Source of the DNA: the human T2T-CHM13v2.0 reference genome, Homo sapiens
DNA length: 64,000 nucleotides
NCBI RefSeq assembly: GCF_009914755.1
Contig: NC_060938.1
Strand: one strand, 5' to 3'
Shown: positions 38,201 to 56,746 of the stretch, in pieces
Layout: each line of letters begins with the position of its first letter
Position numbering within the stretch: position 1 is the stretch's first letter
The notes under the pieces: model-generated
Databases searched by the model: none
Told to the model about the DNA's origin: nothing
The model's input: the letters and a program-made list of their open reading frames with translations, nothing else
Program-made: the position numbers and the translations under genes

Positions 38201-41200
38201 CAAAACTGTTCAATCAAAAGAAAAATTCAACTCTGGTGATGAATGCACGCATCACAAAGCAGTTTCTCATGTTTCTGTCTAGTTTTTATGTAAAGATATT
38301 TCGTTTTCCACTATAGGCCGTAATGCGCTCCAAATATCCACTTGCAGATTCTACAAAAAGACTGCTTCCGAACTGCTCAATCAAAAGAAAAGTTCAACTT
38401 TGAGTTGAATGAGCACATCACAAAGAAGTTTCTCAGAGTGCTTCTGTCTAGTTTTTAAGTGAATATATTTCCTTTTCCACCACAGGCCACAAACACTCCA
38501 AATATCCACTTGAAGATTCTACAAAAAGAGTGCTTCAAAAATGCTCAATCAAAAGAAAGTTTCAACTCTTTGAGATGGATGCACACATCACAAAGAAGCT
38601 TCTCAGAATGTTTCTGTCTAGTTTTTTTGTGAAGATATTTCCTTTTCCACCGTAGTCCTCAAGTCTCTCCAAATATCTACTTTCAGAATCTCCAAAAGAG
38701 TGTTTTAAAACTGCTGTACCAAAGAAAGTTTCACGTCTGAGATATGACTGCACACAACACAGAGAAGTTTTTCAGAGTGCTTCTATTTATTTTTTTTATG
38801 AAGATATTTCCTTTTCCACTATTGGCCACAGAGCGCTCCAAATATCCACTTGCAGATTCTTCAAAAAGAGTGTTTCCAGACTGCTCAATCAAAAGAAAGG
38901 TTCAACTCTGTTAGTTGAATGCACACATTACAACAAAGTTTCTCAGAATGCTTCTGTCTAGTTTTTAGGTGAAGATATTCCCTTTTAAACTGTAGTCTGC
39001 AAAGCACTCCAAATATACACTTGCAGATTCTACAAAAAGAGTGTTTCAAAATTGCTCAATCAAAAGAAGGGTTCAACAGTGTTAGTTGAATGCACACATC
39101 ACAAAGAATTTTCCCAGAATGCTTCTGTCTAGTTTTTATGTGAAGATATATCCGTTTCCACCATAGGCCCCAAAGCACTCCAAATATCCACTGGTAGAGT
39201 CTACAAATGTGCGTTTCAATACTGCTCAATCAAAAGAAATGTTCAACTCTGTGAGATGAAAGCACGCATCACAAAGTTGTTTCTCAGAATGCTCTGTCGA
39301 GTTTTTATGTGAAGATATTTCCTTTTATACCGTAGGCCCCAAAGTGTTCCAAATATCCACCTTCAGATTCTACAAAAAGTGTGTTTCAAAACTGCTCAAT
39401 CAAAAGAAAGGTTCAAACCTGTGAGATGAATGCACACATCACAAAGGAGTTTCTCAGAATGCTTCTGTCTAGTTTTTATGTGAAGTTATTTCCTTTACCA
39501 CCATAGGACTGAAAGAGCTCCAAATGTCCACTTGCAGATTCTACAAAAAGAGTGTTTCAAATTGCTCAATCAAAAGAAAAGTTCAACTCTGTGAGGAGAA
39601 TGCACACATCACAAAAAGTTTCGCAGAATGCTTCTTTCCGTTTTTTATGTGAAGATATTTCCTTTTCCACTTGAGGCTGGAAAGCGCTTCAAATATCCAA
39701 TTTCAGATTCTGCAAAAGAGTGTTTCAAAACTGCTCAATCAAAGGAAAGGTACAATTCAGTGAACTGAATGTGCACATCAGAAGGAAGTTTCTCAGAATA
39801 CCTCTGTGCAGTTATTATGTGAAGATATTTACTTTTCCACCATAGGCCCCAAGGCTCTCCAAATATCCAATTGCAGATTCAACAAAAACTGCGTTTCAAA
39901 ACTGCTCAATCAAAAGAAAGGTTCAACTCTGTGGGAGGAATGCTCACATCACACACAGGTTTCTCAGAATGCTTCTTTCTTTTTTCTGTGTGAAGATATT
40001 TCCTTTTCCACTAGAGTATGCAAAGCGCTCAAAATATCCACTTGCAGATTTTACAAAAGGGTGTTTCTAAAGTGCTAAATCAAAATAAAGTTTCAAGTCT
40101 GTGAGATGAATACATATATCCCAAAGAAGTTTCTCAGAATGCTTCTGTCTAGTTTTTATGTGAAGATATAAAATTTTCCACTATAGGCCACAAAGCGCTT
40201 CAAATATCCACTTGCATATTCTCCAAAAAGAGTGTTTCAAAACTGATGAATCAAAAGAAAGGTTCAACTGTGTGAGATGAATGCACACATCACAAAGAAG
40301 TTTCTCAGAATGCTTCTGTCTAGTTTTATGTGAAGATATTTCCTCTACCATAGGGAACAAAGCACTCCAAATATCCACTTACAGATTCTACAAAAATGGT
40401 GTTTCAAAACTGCTCAAACAAAAGAAAGTTTCAATTCTGTGAGATCATTGCACACATCATAAAGAAGTTTCTCAGAGTGCTTCTGTGTAGTTTTTATGTG
40501 AAGATGTTTCCTTTTCCACCATAGGCCTCAAAGTGTTCCATATATCTACCTGCAGATTCTACAAAAAGAGTGTTTCGAAACTACTTAATCAAAAGAAAGG
40601 TTCAACCCAGTGAGTTGAATGCACTCGTCACAGAGAAGATTCCCAGAATGCTTCTGTCTAGTTTTTATGTGAAGATATTTCCTTTTCCACTATAGGAGGC
40701 AAAGCATTCCAAATATCCAATTGCGGTTTCCACAAAAAAAGTGTTCCAAAACTGCTCAATGAAAGGAAATGTTGAATTATGTGAGATAAAAGCACACATC
40801 ATAAAGGAGTTTCTAAGAATACTTTTGTGTGGTTTTTATGTGAAGATATTTCCTTTTCAACTATAGGCCTCAAAGCGCTCCAAATATACATTTGCAGATG
40901 CTACAAAAAGAATGTTTCCAAACTCCTCAAAGATACGTTCAACTTTGTGAGTTGAATGCACATATCACAAAGTAGTTTCTCAGAATGCTTCTGTCCAGAT
41001 TTTAATTGAAGATATTTCCTTTACCAACATAGGCCTCAAAGCTCTCCAAATATCGAATTGCAGGTTCTACAAAAACAGTGTTTGAATACTGCTCAAACAA
41101 AAGTAAGGTTCAACCCTGTGAGATGAATGCACACATCACACAGAAGTTTCTCAGAATGCTTCTGTGTAGTTTTTATGTGAAGATATTTCCTTTACCACCA

Positions 41201-43850
41201 TAAGCCTCAAAGAACTCCAAATATCCACTTACAGATTCTACAAAAAGAGTGCTTCAAAACTGCTTAACCAAAGGAAAGGTTCAACTCTTTGTGATGAATG
41301 CACACATCACAAAGTAGTTTTTCAGAATGCTTCTGTCTAGTTTTTATGTGAATATACATCCTTTTCCACTATAGGCCACAAAGTGCTCCAAACACCCACT
41401 TGCGGATTCCACAAAAAGAGTGTTTTAAACCTCCTCAACAAAAAAGTTTCAACTCTGTGAGGTGAATGCACACATCACAAAGAACATTCTCAGAATGCTT
41501 CTCTCTAGTTTTTATGTGAAGATATTTGCTTTTCCACCATAGGCCGCAAAGCGCGCCAAGTATCCACTTGCAGATTTTACAAAAATAGTGTTTCAAAACT
41601 GCTCAAACAAAAGAAAGGTTCAACTCTGTGAGTTGAATGCACACATCACAAAGAAGTTTCTCAGAATGCTGCTGTCTAGCTTTTATCCAAAGTTATTTCC
41701 TTTTCCACTATACTCCACAAAGCCCTCTGAATATCCACTTGCAGATTCTACAAAAGAAGTGTTTCAAAAATGCACAATCAAAAGAAAGTTTCAACTCTGT
41801 GAGTTGTATGCATACATCAGAAAGAAGTTTCTCAGAATGCTTTTGTGTAGTTTTTATGTGGAGATATTTCCTTTTCCACCATAGGCCCCAAAGCTCTCCA
41901 AATATCCACTTGCAGATTATACAAAAAGAGGGATTCAAAACTGGTCAATCAAAAGAAAGGTTCAACTCTGTGAGTTGAAGGCACACATAACAAAGCCGTT
42001 TCTCAGAATGCTTCTCCATAGTTTTTATATGAAGATATTTCCATTTCCACCATTCTCTCCAAAGTGCTCCAAATATCCACTTGCAGATTCTATAAAAAGA
42101 GTGTTTCAAAACTGCTCAATGAAAAGAAAGTTTCACCTCTGTTAGATGAATGGACACATCACAAAGACGTTTCTCAGAATGCTTCTGTCTAGTGTTTATG
42201 TGAAGATATTTCCTTTTCCACCACAAGCCTCAAAGCGCTCTAAATCTGCACTTGCAGATTCTACCAAAAGAGTGTTTCAAAAATGCTCAAAGGAAAGTTT
42301 CAGATCTGTGAGATGAACGCACACATCACAAAGAATTTCTCAGAATGCTTCTGTCTAGTTTTTATGAGAAGATAATTCTTTTCCACCATAGGCCCCAAAG
42401 GGCTCCAAATATCCACTGCAGATCCTACAAAAAGTGTTTAAAAAATGCTAAATCAATAGAAAGTTTAAACTCTGTGAGATGTATGCACACATCACAAAGA
42501 AGTTTCTCAGAATCCTTCTCTCTAATTTTTATGTGAGGATATTTCCTTCTCCACCATAGGCCTCAAAGCACTCCAAATATCCCCTGGCAGATCCTAAAAA
42601 AAGAGCGATTCAAAACTGCTCAATCAAAAGAAATTTTCAAATCTGAGATGAATGCGCACATCACAAAGAAGTTTCTCAGAGTACTTCTGTCTAGTTTTTA
42701 TGTGAAGATATTTCCTTTTCCACCATGCTCATCAAAGTGTTCCAAATATCCACTTGCACATTCTACAAAGAGAGTGTTTCAAAGCTGCTCAATCAAAAGA
42801 ATGGTCCAACTATGTGAGATGAATGCAAACATCATAAAGAAGTATCTCAGAATGCTTCTGTGTAGTTTTTATGTGAAGATATTTCCTTTACCACCATAGG
42901 CCTCAAAGCGCTCCAAATATCCACTTACAGATACTCCAAAAAGAGTGTTTCAAAACTGCTCAATCAAAAGAAAGATTGAACTCTTTGAGATGAATGCACA
43001 CATCAAAAAGTAGTTTTTCAGAATGCTTCTGTCTAGTTTTTATGTGAATATACATCCTTTTCCACTATAGGCCACAAAATGTTCCAAACACCCGCTTGCA
43101 GATTCTACAAAAAGAGTGTTTCAAAAGTCCTCAATAAAAAAAGTTAAAACTCTGTGATGTGAATGAACACATCACAAAGAAGATTCTCAGAATGCTTCTG
43201 TCTAGTTGTTACGTGAAGATATTTGCTTTTCCACCATAGTCATCAAAGCACTCTAAATATCCACTTGCAGATTCTACAAAAAGAGTGTTTCTAAACTGCT
43301 CAATCAAAAGAAAGGTTCAACTCTGTGAGCTGAAAGCACACATCACAAAGAAGTTTCTCAGAATGCGTCTGTCTAGCTTTTATGCAAAGTTATTTCCTTT
43401 TCCACAATACTCCACAAAGCCCTCTGAGTATCTACTTGCAGAATCTACAAAAAGAGTGTTTCAAAACTGCACAATCAAAAGAATGGTTCAACTCTGTGAG
43501 TTGTATGCACACATCACAAATAAGTTTTTCAGAGTGCTTTTGTATAGTTTTTATGTGAAGATATTTCATTTCACCAGAGGCCCCAAAGTGCTCCAAATAT
43601 CCACTTGCAGATTCTACAAAAAGAGGGATTCAAAACTGCTCAATCAAAAGAAAGCTTCAACTCTGTGAGTTGAATGCACACATCACAAAGACGTTTCTCA
43701 CAATGCTTCTCCATAGTTTTTATATGAAGATATTTCCATTTCCACCATTCTCTCCAAAGTGTTCCAAATATCCACTTGCAGATTCTACAAAAAGAGTGTT
43801 TCAAAACTGTTCAATCGAATTAAAGTTTCTTCTCTTTGAGAAGAATGCAC
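32201..43850 (-). repeat. Monomeric alpha satellite, mainly 171-bp layer (ctccaaatatccacttgcag, ctgtctagttttt), with an older-type patch at ~35.2-38.3 kb
   Basis: tccttttcc recurs at 33541 and 33712 (period 171). Consensus changes to ccttttccacc and gagtgtttcaaaa. Confidence 0.92.
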
Positions 43851-46800
43851 ATATCACAAAGAAGTTTCTCAGAATGCTTCTGTGTAGTTTTTATGTGAAG
43901 GTATTTCCTTTTACACCATAGGTCACAAAGGGCTCCAAATATTCCTTGCAGATTCTACATAAAGAGAGTTTCAGAACTCCTCTATCAAAAGATAGATACA
44001 ACGCTGAGTTCAATGTACACATCTCAAAGAAGTTTCTCAGAATGCTTCTGTTTAGTTTTTATGTGAAGATATTTCCATTTCTACAATAGGCCTCAAAACG
44101 CTCCAAGTATCCACTTGTAGATTTTACTAAAAGAGTGTTTCCAACTGTTCAATCAAAAGAAATTTACGACTCTGTGAGATGAATGCACAAGTCACACAGA
44201 ACTTTCTCAGAATGCTTCTGTGTAGTTTTTATGTGAAGATATTTCCTTTTCCACAATGGGCCTCAAAGTGCTCTATGAGATGAATGCACACGTCAAAAGA
44301 CATTTCTCAGAATGCTTCTGTGTAGTTTTTATGTGAAGATATTTCCTTTTCCACCATAGGCCGCAAAGGCCTCCAAATATCCACTTGCAGATTCTACAAA
44401 AAGAGAGTTTCAAAATTACTCAATCAAAAGATAGGTTCAACTCTGTGAGCTGAATGCACTCATCACAAACAAGTTTCTCAGAATGCTTCTGTGTAGTTTT
44501 TATGTGAAGATATTTCTTTTTCCACAATAGGCCTCTAAGCACTACAAATATCCACTTGCAGATTCTACAAATAGTGGGTTTCAAAACTGCTCAATCAATA
44601 GAAATGTTCATCAATGAGTGTTGAATGAACATGTCACAAAGAAGTTTCTCAGAATGCTTCTGTGTAGCTTTATATGAAGATATTTCCTTTTCCACCCTAG
44701 GCCTCAATGCACTCCAAATATCTACTTGCAGATTCTACAAAAATAGTGTTTCAAAATTGTTCAATCAAAAGAAAATTGAACTCTGTGAGATGAATGCATA
44801 CATTTCAAAGAAGTTTCTCAGAAAGAATCTGTGTTGTTTTTATGTGAAGATATTTTCTTTTCCACAATAGGCCTCAAAGGGCTCCAAATACCCACTTGCA
44901 GCTCCTACAAAAAGAGATATTCAAATCTGCTCAATCAAAAGATAAGTTCACCTCTGTGAGTTTAACACACACATCACAAAGTAGTTTCTCAGAATGCTTC
45001 TTTGTAGTGTTTATGTGAAGATATTTCTTTTTCCACAATAGACCTCAAAGTGCTCCAAATATCCACTTCTAAATTCTCCAAAAGAGTGTGGCAAAACTGC
45101 TCATAACAAGGAAAGTTTCAACTCTGTGAGATGAATGCACACATCACCAAGAAATTTGTCAGAATTTTTCTGTGTGGTTTTTATGTGAAAATATTTCCTT
45201 TTCCACAGTAGGCCTCAAAGCGCTCCAAATATCCACTTGCAGCATCTACAAAGCCAGTGTTTCAAATCTGCTCAATCATAAGATAGGTTCAACTCTGTGA
45301 GATGAATGCACACATCACGAAGAAGTTTCTCAGAATGCCTCTGTGTAGTTTTTATGTGAAGATGTTTCCTTTTCCAAAATAGGCCTCAAAGCCCACTAAA
45401 TATCCACTTGCAGATTCTACAAAAAGAGAGATTCAAAACTGCTCAATCAAAAGATAGGTTAAACTCTGTGACTTGAATTCACACATCACAAAGAAGTTTC
45501 TCAGAATGCTTATTTGTAGTTTTTATGTGAAGATATTACCTTTTCCACAATAGGCCTCAAAGCACTCCAAATATCCACTTGCAGATTCTACGAACAGAGT
45601 GTTTCAAAACTTCTCAATCAAAAGATAGGTTCAACTCTCTGAGTTGAATGCATACATCATAAAGAAGTATCTCAGAATGATTTTGTGTAGTTTTTACGTG
45701 AAGATATTTTCTTTTCCACAACAGTCCTGAAAGCCCTCCAAGTATCCACTTGCAGATTCTACAAAGAGAGTGTTTCAAATGTACTCAATCATAAGATATG
45801 TCCAAATCTATGAGATGAATGCACACATCACAAAGAAGTTTCTCAGAATGCTTCTGTGTAGTATTTATTTGAAGATATTTCCTTATCCTCCATTGGCTGC
45901 AAAGGGCTTCATATATCCACTTGCAGATTCTGCAAAAAGAGAAATTCAAAACTGTTCAATCAAAAGATACGTTCAACTCTATGAGATGAATGCACACATC
46001 ACAAAGAAGTTTCTCAGAATGCTTCTGTGTAGTTTTTATGGGAAGATATTTCCTTTTCCACAATAGGTCTAAAAGGGCTCCAAATATCCACTTTCAGATT
46101 CTACAAAAAGAGTGTTTCAAAAGTTCTCAATCAAAAGAAACTTTCATCTCTGTGGGATGAATGCACACATCACAGAGATGTTTCTCAGAATGCTTCTGTG
46201 TGGTTTTTACATGAAGATATTTGCTTTTCCACAGTAGGCCTCAAAGTGCTCCAAATATCCACTTGCACATTCTATAAAAACAGTGTTTCAAAACTGCTCA
46301 ATCAAAAGAAACGTAGAACTCTGTTAGATGAATACACACAACAAAAAGTAGTTTCTCAGAATAAATCTGTGTAGGTTTTATGTGAAGATATTTCCTTTTA
46401 CACAATAGGCCAAAAAGCACTCCAAATATACACCTGAAGATTCTGCAAAGAGAGTGTTTCAAAGCTGCTCAGTCATAAGATAGGTTCTTCTCTGTGAGAT
46501 GAATGCACACATCACAAAGAAGTTTCTCAGAACGCTTCTGTGTAGTTTTTATTTGAAGATATTTCCTTTGCCTCCATGGACTGCAAAGGGCTCCAAATAT
46601 CCACTTGCAAATCCGAGAAAAAGAGAGATCCAAAACTGCTCGATTGAAAGATAGGTTCAAGACTGTGAGTTGAATGCACACATCACAAAGAAGTTTCTCA
46701 GAATGCTTCTGTGTAGTTTTTTTGTGAAGATATTTCCTTTTCCAAAATAGACCTCAAAGCGCTCCAATTATCCACTTGCAGATTCTACAAAAAAGTGTTT

Positions 46801-49800
46801 CAAAACTGCTCAATAATAAGATAGGTTCAACTCTGTGATATTAAGGCACACATCACGTAGAAGTTTCTCAGAATGCTTCTGTGTAGTTTTTATTTGAAGA
46901 TATTTCCTTTTCCACCATAGGTCACAAAGGGCTCCAAATGTCCACTTGCAGATAATAAAAAAAGTGAGATTCAAAACTGTTCCATCAAAAGATAGGTTCA
47001 ACCCTGTGAGTTGAATGGACACATCACAAAGAAGTTTCTCAGAATGCTTTTGTGTAGTTTTTATGTGACGATACTTTCTATTCCAAAATAGGCCTAAATT
47101 CCCCCCAAATATCTACTTGCAGATTCTACAAAAAGAGTGTTTCAAAACTGCTCAATCAAAAGAAAAGTTAAACTCTTGAGATGAATGCACCCATCACAAA
47201 GAAGTTTCTCAGAATACTTCTGTGTAGTATTTATGTGAAGATATTTCTTCTTCCACAATAGGGCTCAAAGTGCTCCAAATATCCACTTGCACATTCTACA
47301 AAAAGTGTGTTTCAGCGCTGTTCAATCATAAGATATATTCAAATATGTGAGGTGAATGCACACATGACAAAGTAGTTTCTCACAATGCTTCTGTGCTTTT
47401 TTATTTGAAGATATTTCCCTTTCCAGTACAGACCACAAAAGGCTCCAAATATCGACTTGCAGAATCTACAAAAAGAGTTCTTCAAAACTGCTCAATCATG
47501 ATAGGTTCACCTGTGTGAATTGAATGCACACATCACCAAGAAGTTTCTTAGAATGCTTCTATGTAGCTTTTATTTGAAGATATTTCCTTTGCCTCCATGG
47601 ACCACAAAGGGCTCCAAACATCCACTTGCAGGTTCTTGAAAAAGAGAGATCCAAAACTGCTCAATCAAAAGATAGGTTCAAGGCTGTGAGTTGAATGCAC
47701 ACATCACAAAGAAGTTTCTCAGAAGGCTTCAGTGCAGTTTTTATGTGAAGGTATTTCCCTTTCTACCATAAGCCACAAAGGTCTCCAAATATCCACTTGC
47801 AGATTCTACAAAAATAATGCTTCAAAACTGCTCAATCAAAAGAAAGTTTTATCTCTGGGAGATGAATGCATACATCATAGGGAAGTTTCTCAGAACGCTT
47901 CTGTGTAGTTTTTATGTGAAGATAATTCCTTTTCCAAAAAGCCTCAAAGCCCACCAAATATCCACTTGCTGATTCTACAAAAAGAGTGTTTGAAGTCTGC
48001 TGAATTAAAAGACAGGTTCAACTCTGTGAGATGAATGCACAAATCACGTAGAAGTTTCTGAGAATGCTTCTGTGTAGTTTCTATTTGAAGATATTTCCTT
48101 TTCCTCCATAGACCACAAATTGCTCCAAATATCCACTTCCAGATTCTAGAAAAAGAGAGATCCAAAATTGCTCAATCAAAAGATAGGTTCAAGACTGTGA
48201 GTTGAAGACACAAACCACAAAGAAGTTTCTCAGAATGCTTCTGTGTAGTTTTTATGTGAAGATATTTCATTTTCCACAATAGGCCTCCAAGCCCACAAAA
48301 TATCCACCTGCTGATTCTACAAAAAGAGTGTGTCAAATCTGCTCAATCAAAAGACAGGTTCAACTCTGGGAGATGAATGCACACATCACAGGGAAGTTTC
48401 CCAGAATGCTTCTGTGTAGTTTATATGTGAAGATATTTCCTTTCCCAAACTAGACCTCAAAGCGCTCCAAATATCCACTTGCAGATTCTACCAAAAGAGT
48501 GTTTCAAAACTGCTCAATGAAAAGAATGGTTCAACTCTGTGAGATGAATGCACACATCACAAAGAAGTTTCTCAGAATGCTTCTGTGTAGTTTTTATGTG
48601 AAGATACTTCCTTTTCCAAAATAGGCCTAAAAATCCCTCTAAATATCCACTTGCAGATTCTACAAAAAGAGTGTTTCAAAACTGCTCAATCAAAAGAAAA
48701 GTTCAAATCTATGTGATGAATGCACTCATCACAAATTAGCTTTTCAGAATGATTAGTTTCTCAGAATGTTTCAGAGTAGTTTTTATGTGAAATTATTTCC
48801 TTTTCCACAATAGGCCTCAAAGCCCTCCAAACATCCTCTTGCAGATTCTACAAAACAGTGTTTCAAAACTCCTCAATCAAAAGAAAGTTTCAACACTGTG
48901 AGATGAATGCACACATCACAAAGTAGTTTCTCAGAATGCCTCTGTGTGGTTTTTATGTGAAGATATTTGTTTTTCCACAGTAGGCCTCAAAGGGCTCCAA
49001 ATATCCACTTGCAGATTCTACAAAAACTGTGTTTCAAAGCTGCTCAATCAAAAGAAACTGTCAACTCTGTCAAATGAATGCACACATCACAAAGTAGTTT
49101 CTCAGAATGCTTCTGTGTAGTTTTTATGTGAAGATATTTCCTTTTCCACTATAGTCCTCAAAGTACTCAAAATATCCACTTGCAGATTCTACAGAAAGAG
49201 TGTTTCAAAATTGCTCAATCAAAAGAAATGTTCAACTCTGTGAGATGAATGCACACATCACAAAGTACTTACTCGGAATGCCTCTGCATAGTTTTTATGT
49301 GAAAATATTTACTTTTCCACAGTAGGCATCAAAGCGCTCAAAATATCCTCCTGCAGATTTTACAAAAACCGTGTTTCAAAACTGCTCTACCAAAAGAAAG
49401 GTTCACCTCTGTGAGATGAATGCACACATCACAAAGAAGATTCTCAGAATGCTTCTGTGCAATTTTTATGTGAAGATGTTACTTTTCCACAATAGGCCTC
49501 AAAGTGCTTCAAATATCAACTTGAAGATTATACAAAGAGAGTGTTTCAAAACTGCTCAATCATAAGATAGGTTCAACTCTGTGTGGTGAATGCACACATC
49601 AAATGAAGTTACTCAGAATGCTTCTTTATAGTTTTTATGTTATCATATTTACTTTTCCACAATAGGCCTCAAAGTGCTCCAAATATCCTCTTGCAGATTT
49701 TTCAAAAACAGTGTTTCAAAAATGCTCTACCAAAAGAAAGGTTCAACACTGTGAGTTGAATGCACACAACCGAAAGAAGATTCTCAGAATGCTTCCGTGT

Positions 49801-52715
49801 AGTTTTTATTTCATGATACTTCCTTTTCCTCTATAGGCTGAAAAGGACTTCAAATATCTACTTGCAGATTCGACATAAAGAGAGATTCAAAACTACTGAA
49901 TCAAAAGATAGGTTCAACTCTGTGTTATGAATGCACTCATCACAAAGAAGTTTCTCAGAATGCTTCTGTGTAGTTTTTATGTGAAGATATTTACTTTTAC
50001 ACCATAAGCTTCAAAACTCTCCAAATATCCACTTGCAGATTCTACAAAAAGAGTGATCCCAAATGGCTCAAACAAAAGAAATGTTCAACTCTGTCAAATG
50101 AATGCACACATCACAAAGAACTTCCTCAGAATGCTTCTGTGTAATTTTTATGTGAAGATATTTCATTTTCCACAATAGGCCTCAAAGAGCTCCAAATATC
50201 CACTTGTAGATTCTACAAAAAGAATGTGAAAACTGCTCAATCAACAGAAAGGTTCAACTCTGTGAGTTGAATGCATACATCACAAAGAAGTTTCTCAGAA
50301 TGTTTCCATGTGTTTTTTTTTTTTTTTTTTGAAGATATTTCCTTTTCCACAATAGGCACCAAAGCGCTTCAGATATCTACTTTCAGATTCTTCCAACAGA
50401 GGGTTTCAAAATTGCTCAATCAAAAGATAGGTTCAAGTGTGTGAGTTGAATGCACACAACACCAAGAATTTTCTCAGAATGCTTCTGTGTAGTTTTTATG
50501 TGAAGATACTTCCTTTTCCACCATAGGCCGCAAAGGGCTCCAAATATCCACTTGCAGATTCTACAGAAGGAGAGATTCAAAACTGCTCAATCAAAGGTAG
50601 CTTCAACTCTGTGAGTTGAGTGCACACATCACAAAGAAGTTTCTCAGAATGCTTCTGTGTAGTTTTTATGTGAAGATATTTCCTTTTGCAATATATGCCA
50701 CAAAGGCCTCCAAATACCCATTCCAGACTCTTCAAAAAGAGAGTTTCAAAACTGCTCCATCAAAAGATAGGTTCAACTCCATGAGATGAATGCACACATC
50801 ACAAAAAGTTTCTCAGAATGCTTCTGTGTAGTTTTTATGTGATGATATTTTTTTTTCCACCATGGGCCGCAAAGGGCTGCAAATATCCATTTGCAGATTC
50901 CACAGAAAGAGAGACTCAAAACTGCTCAATCAAAAGATAGATTCAACCCTGTGAGTTGAATGCCCAGATCACAGAGAAATTTCTCAGAATGCTTCTGTGT
51001 AGTTTTTATGTGAAGATGATATTTCCTTTTCCACTAGAGGCCTCAAAGTGCTACAGATATCAACTTGCACATTCTGCAAAACGAGTGTTTCCAAACTGCT
51101 CAACCAAAAGAAACGTTCAACAGTCTGAGCTGAATGCACACATCACAAAGAAGTTTCTCAAAATTCTTCTGTGTAGTTTTTATGTGAAGATATTTCCTTT
51201 TCCATATTAGGCTGCATAGGGCTCCCAATATCCACTTGCAGATTATTGAAAAAGAGAGTTTCAAAACCGCTTAATCAAAAAATACATTCAACTCTGTGAG
51301 TAGAATGAATACATCACAAAGAAGTTTCTCAGAATGCTTGTGTGTACTTTTTATGAGAAGATATTTCCTTTTCCACCATAGGCCACAAGGGTTTCCTAAT
51401 ATCCACTTGCAGGTTCTACAAAAAGAGAGTTTCAAAACTGGTCAACCAAAAGATAGGTTTAACCCTGTGAGTTGAATGCATGCACAACAAAGAAGTTTCT
51501 CACAATAGTTTTTTGTAGTTTTTATGTGAGGATATTTCCTTTTCCACTGTAAGCCTCAAAGTGCTTCAAATATTAAATTGCAGATTCTACAGAAAGAGTG
51601 TTTCCAAACTGCTAAAACTAAAGAAAAGTTCAACTCTGTCAGATGAATGCACACATCATGATGAAGTTTCTCAGAATGTTTCTGTGTAGTTTTTATGTGA
51701 AGATATTTCGTTTTCCACAATAGGCCTTAAAGCACTCCAAATATCCATTGAAGATTCTACAAAAAGTGTTTCCAAACTGCTCAATCAAAACAAAGGTTCA
51801 ACTCTGTGAGATGAATGCACACGTCACAAAGAAGCTTCTCAGAATGTTTCTGTGTAGTTTTAAAGTGAAGATATTTCCTTTTACACCATAGGCCACAAAT
51901 GGCTCCAATATCCACTTGCAGGTTCTAGAAAAAGAGAGTTTCAAAACTTCTTAATCAAACGATAGGTTCAACTCTGGAAGGTGAATGTACACGTCACAAA
52001 AAAGTTTCCCAGAATGCCTCTGTGTATTTTTCATGTGACGACATTTCCTTTACCACCATAGGACTCAAAACCCTCCAAATATCCACCTACAGATTCTACA
52101 AAAAGAGTGTTTCCAAACTGTACAATCAAAAGAAAAGTTCAACTCTGTGAGATGAATGCACACATCACAAAGAAGTTTCTCAGGATGCTTCTGTATAGTT
52201 TTTATTTGAGGATATTTTCTTTCATACCATAGGCCACAAAGGGCTCCAAATATCCACTTGCAGATTCTACAAAAAGAGAGTTTCAAGACTGCTGTATCAA
52301 AATATAGGTTGAACTCTGTGTGTTGAATACACAAATAACAAAGAAGTTTCTCAGAATGCTTCTGTGAAGTTTTTATGTGAAGATACTTCCTTTTCCACAA
52401 TAGGCCACATAGTGCTCCAAATATCCACTTGCAGATTCTACAGAAACAGTGTTTCAAGCTGCACAACCAAAGGAAATATTTAACTCTGTGAGATGAATGC
52501 ACACATCATCTAGAAATTTCTCAGAACGCTTCTGTTTAGTTTTTATGTGAAGATGTTTCCTTTTGCATCATAGGCCACAAAGGGCTCCATATATCCACTT
52601 CCAGATTCAACAAAAAGATATTTTCAAAACTGTTCAATCAAAAGATATGTTCAACTCTGAGAGTTGAATGCACACACCGCAAAGAAGTTTCTCAGAGTAC
52701 TGCTGTGTAGTTTTT
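43851..52715 (-). repeat. Monomeric alpha satellite, 171-bp layer with ctgtgtag / aagataggttc / aagggctcc variants
   Basis: From ~43.87 kb nearly all monomers have ctgtgtagttttt, and aaagataggttcaac becomes frequent. Confidence 0.9.
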
Positions 52716-52947
52716 TCAGAATTTATTTTATTTTATTATTATTATTACACTTTAAGTTTTAGGGTACATGTGCACATTGTGCAGTTTAGTTACATATGTG
52801 TACACGTGCCATGTTGGTATGCTGCACCCATTAACTTGTCATTTAGCATTAGGTATATCTCCTAATGCTATCCCTCCCCCCTCCCCCACCCCACATCTCT
52901 CCCCAGAGTGTGATGTTCCCCTTCCTGTGTCCATGTGTTCTCATTGC

Positions 52948-56683
<3,736 letters not shown>

Positions 56684-56746
56684 TATGATGTTAGCTGGTT
56701 ATTTTGCTCTTTAGTTGATGCAGTTTCTTACTAGCCACAATGGTCT

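Noticed and set aside
52872-52893. C-rich tract (G-quadruplex potential on the minus strand), also at ~16456-16481
   Set aside because: Standard L1 3'UTR polypurine tract, not specific to this locus.
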